DNA of 64,000 nucleotides from the human T2T-CHM13v2.0 reference genome, Homo sapiens: the NCBI RefSeq assembly GCF_009914755.1, contig NC_060932.1. One strand, given 5' to 3'. The position numbers and the translations under genes are program-made. This document shows, one piece after another, positions 63,161-64,000 of the stretch; the stretch's first letter is position 1, and each line of letters begins with the position of its first letter. The notes below the pieces were generated by a model that saw only the letters and a program-made list of their open reading frames with translations, was not told the origin of the DNA and made no database searches.

Positions 63161-63732
63161 TGTGATGGTTAACATTGTCATCTTGATTGGGTTGAAGGAT
63201 GCAAAGTATTGTTTCTGGGTGTATCTGGTTGTTGCTGGGTGTTGCCAGAACAGACTAACATTTGAGTTAGTGGACTGGGAGGGGAAGACCCACCCTCAGG
63301 AAGACCCACCCACAATGTGAGTGGGCACCATCCAATTGGCTGCCAGTGCAGCTAGAAAAAGCAGGCAGAAGAAGGTGGAGCAAGCTGACTTGCTGAGTCT
63401 TCCAGTCTTCATCTCTCTCCCATGCTGGATGCTTCCTGCCCCTGAACATCAGACTCCAAGTTCCTCAGCCTTTGGATTCTTGGACTTACAACAGTGGTTT
63501 GCCAGGGCCTCTCGGGCCTTCGGCCACAGACTGGAGGCTGCACTGTCAGCTTCCCTACTTTTGAGGTTTTGGGACTCAGACTGCCACTGCTGGCTTCCTT
63601 CGTCCTCAATTTGCAAAATGGCCTATCGTGGGACTTCACCTTGTGATCATGTGAGTCAATTCTCCTTAATAAACTTCCTTTCATATATACATATATCCTG
63701 TAAGTTTTGCCCCTACAGAGGACCCTAATACA
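63161..63732 (+). mobile_element. MLT2A-like (HERV-L) solo LTR
   Basis: TGTGATGGTTAA...GATGCAAAGTATTG...GGACTTCACCTTGTGATCATGTGAGTCAAT...CCTTAATAAAC...CCCTAATACA. Confidence 0.88.
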
Positions 63733-63744
63733 GGAGTCCCCTAA

Positions 63745-63935
63745 GAGGTGATGGTTAAGTTTAGGGCACTGAATATGGTGATGGTTTCACAGGTGTATAC
63801 TTATCCTCCAATGCATCAAGATGTATACGTTGAATATATATAGCTTTATTTGTCTGACAATCATATCTCACTAAAAAAGTAAATAAATGGATGTGGCTGT
63901 ATTCCAATAAAACTTGATTTATGGACACTGAAAAA
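63745..63935 (+). mobile_element. Old L1M 3' tip followed by a MER58-like fragment
   Basis: GGTGATGGTTTCACAGGTGTATAC...CAATCATATCTCA; GTGGCTGTATTCCAATAAAACTT..TTTATGGACACTGAAA. Confidence 0.6.
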
Positions 63936-64000
63936 AAATATTCAGTTAGACTACAAAATGATGAAAGACCATGTAGTGAGAGTCGCCGCCTTCAAGCCAT

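Overview
Primate (human-like) nuclear DNA, intergenic or deep intronic, dominated by interspersed repeats. I find no supportable host protein-coding exon, tRNA, rRNA, CpG island or CRISPR array. The recognisable ORF-track hits are L1 remnants, Alu-derived frames or microsatellite translations; the rest are short with no family I recognise. Main content: a full-length but inactivated ~6.4 kb L1PA7-like element (8037-14465, minus) that still has an open antisense ORF0-like frame; a twin-primed (5'-inverted) older L1 at the left edge; about 30 Alu/FAM copies; a U6 snRNA retrocopy fused to a short non-U6 tag, with an Alu nested in its tail; a two-LTR ancient MLT1 (MaLR) provirus; solo LTRs (MLT1B, MLT1A, THE1, MLT2A); DNA-transposon fossils; many MIR/L2 relics; and microsatellites. 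Repeat-free islands at about 15.9-16.2 kb and 31.2-31.7 kb are dense in transcription-factor motifs and are enhancer candidates. Several locally templated inverted micro-duplications are visible. I see no new multi-gene system. Repeat subfamily names are recalled from consensus sequences and need RepeatMasker/Dfam confirmation; boundaries of old repeats are approximate.
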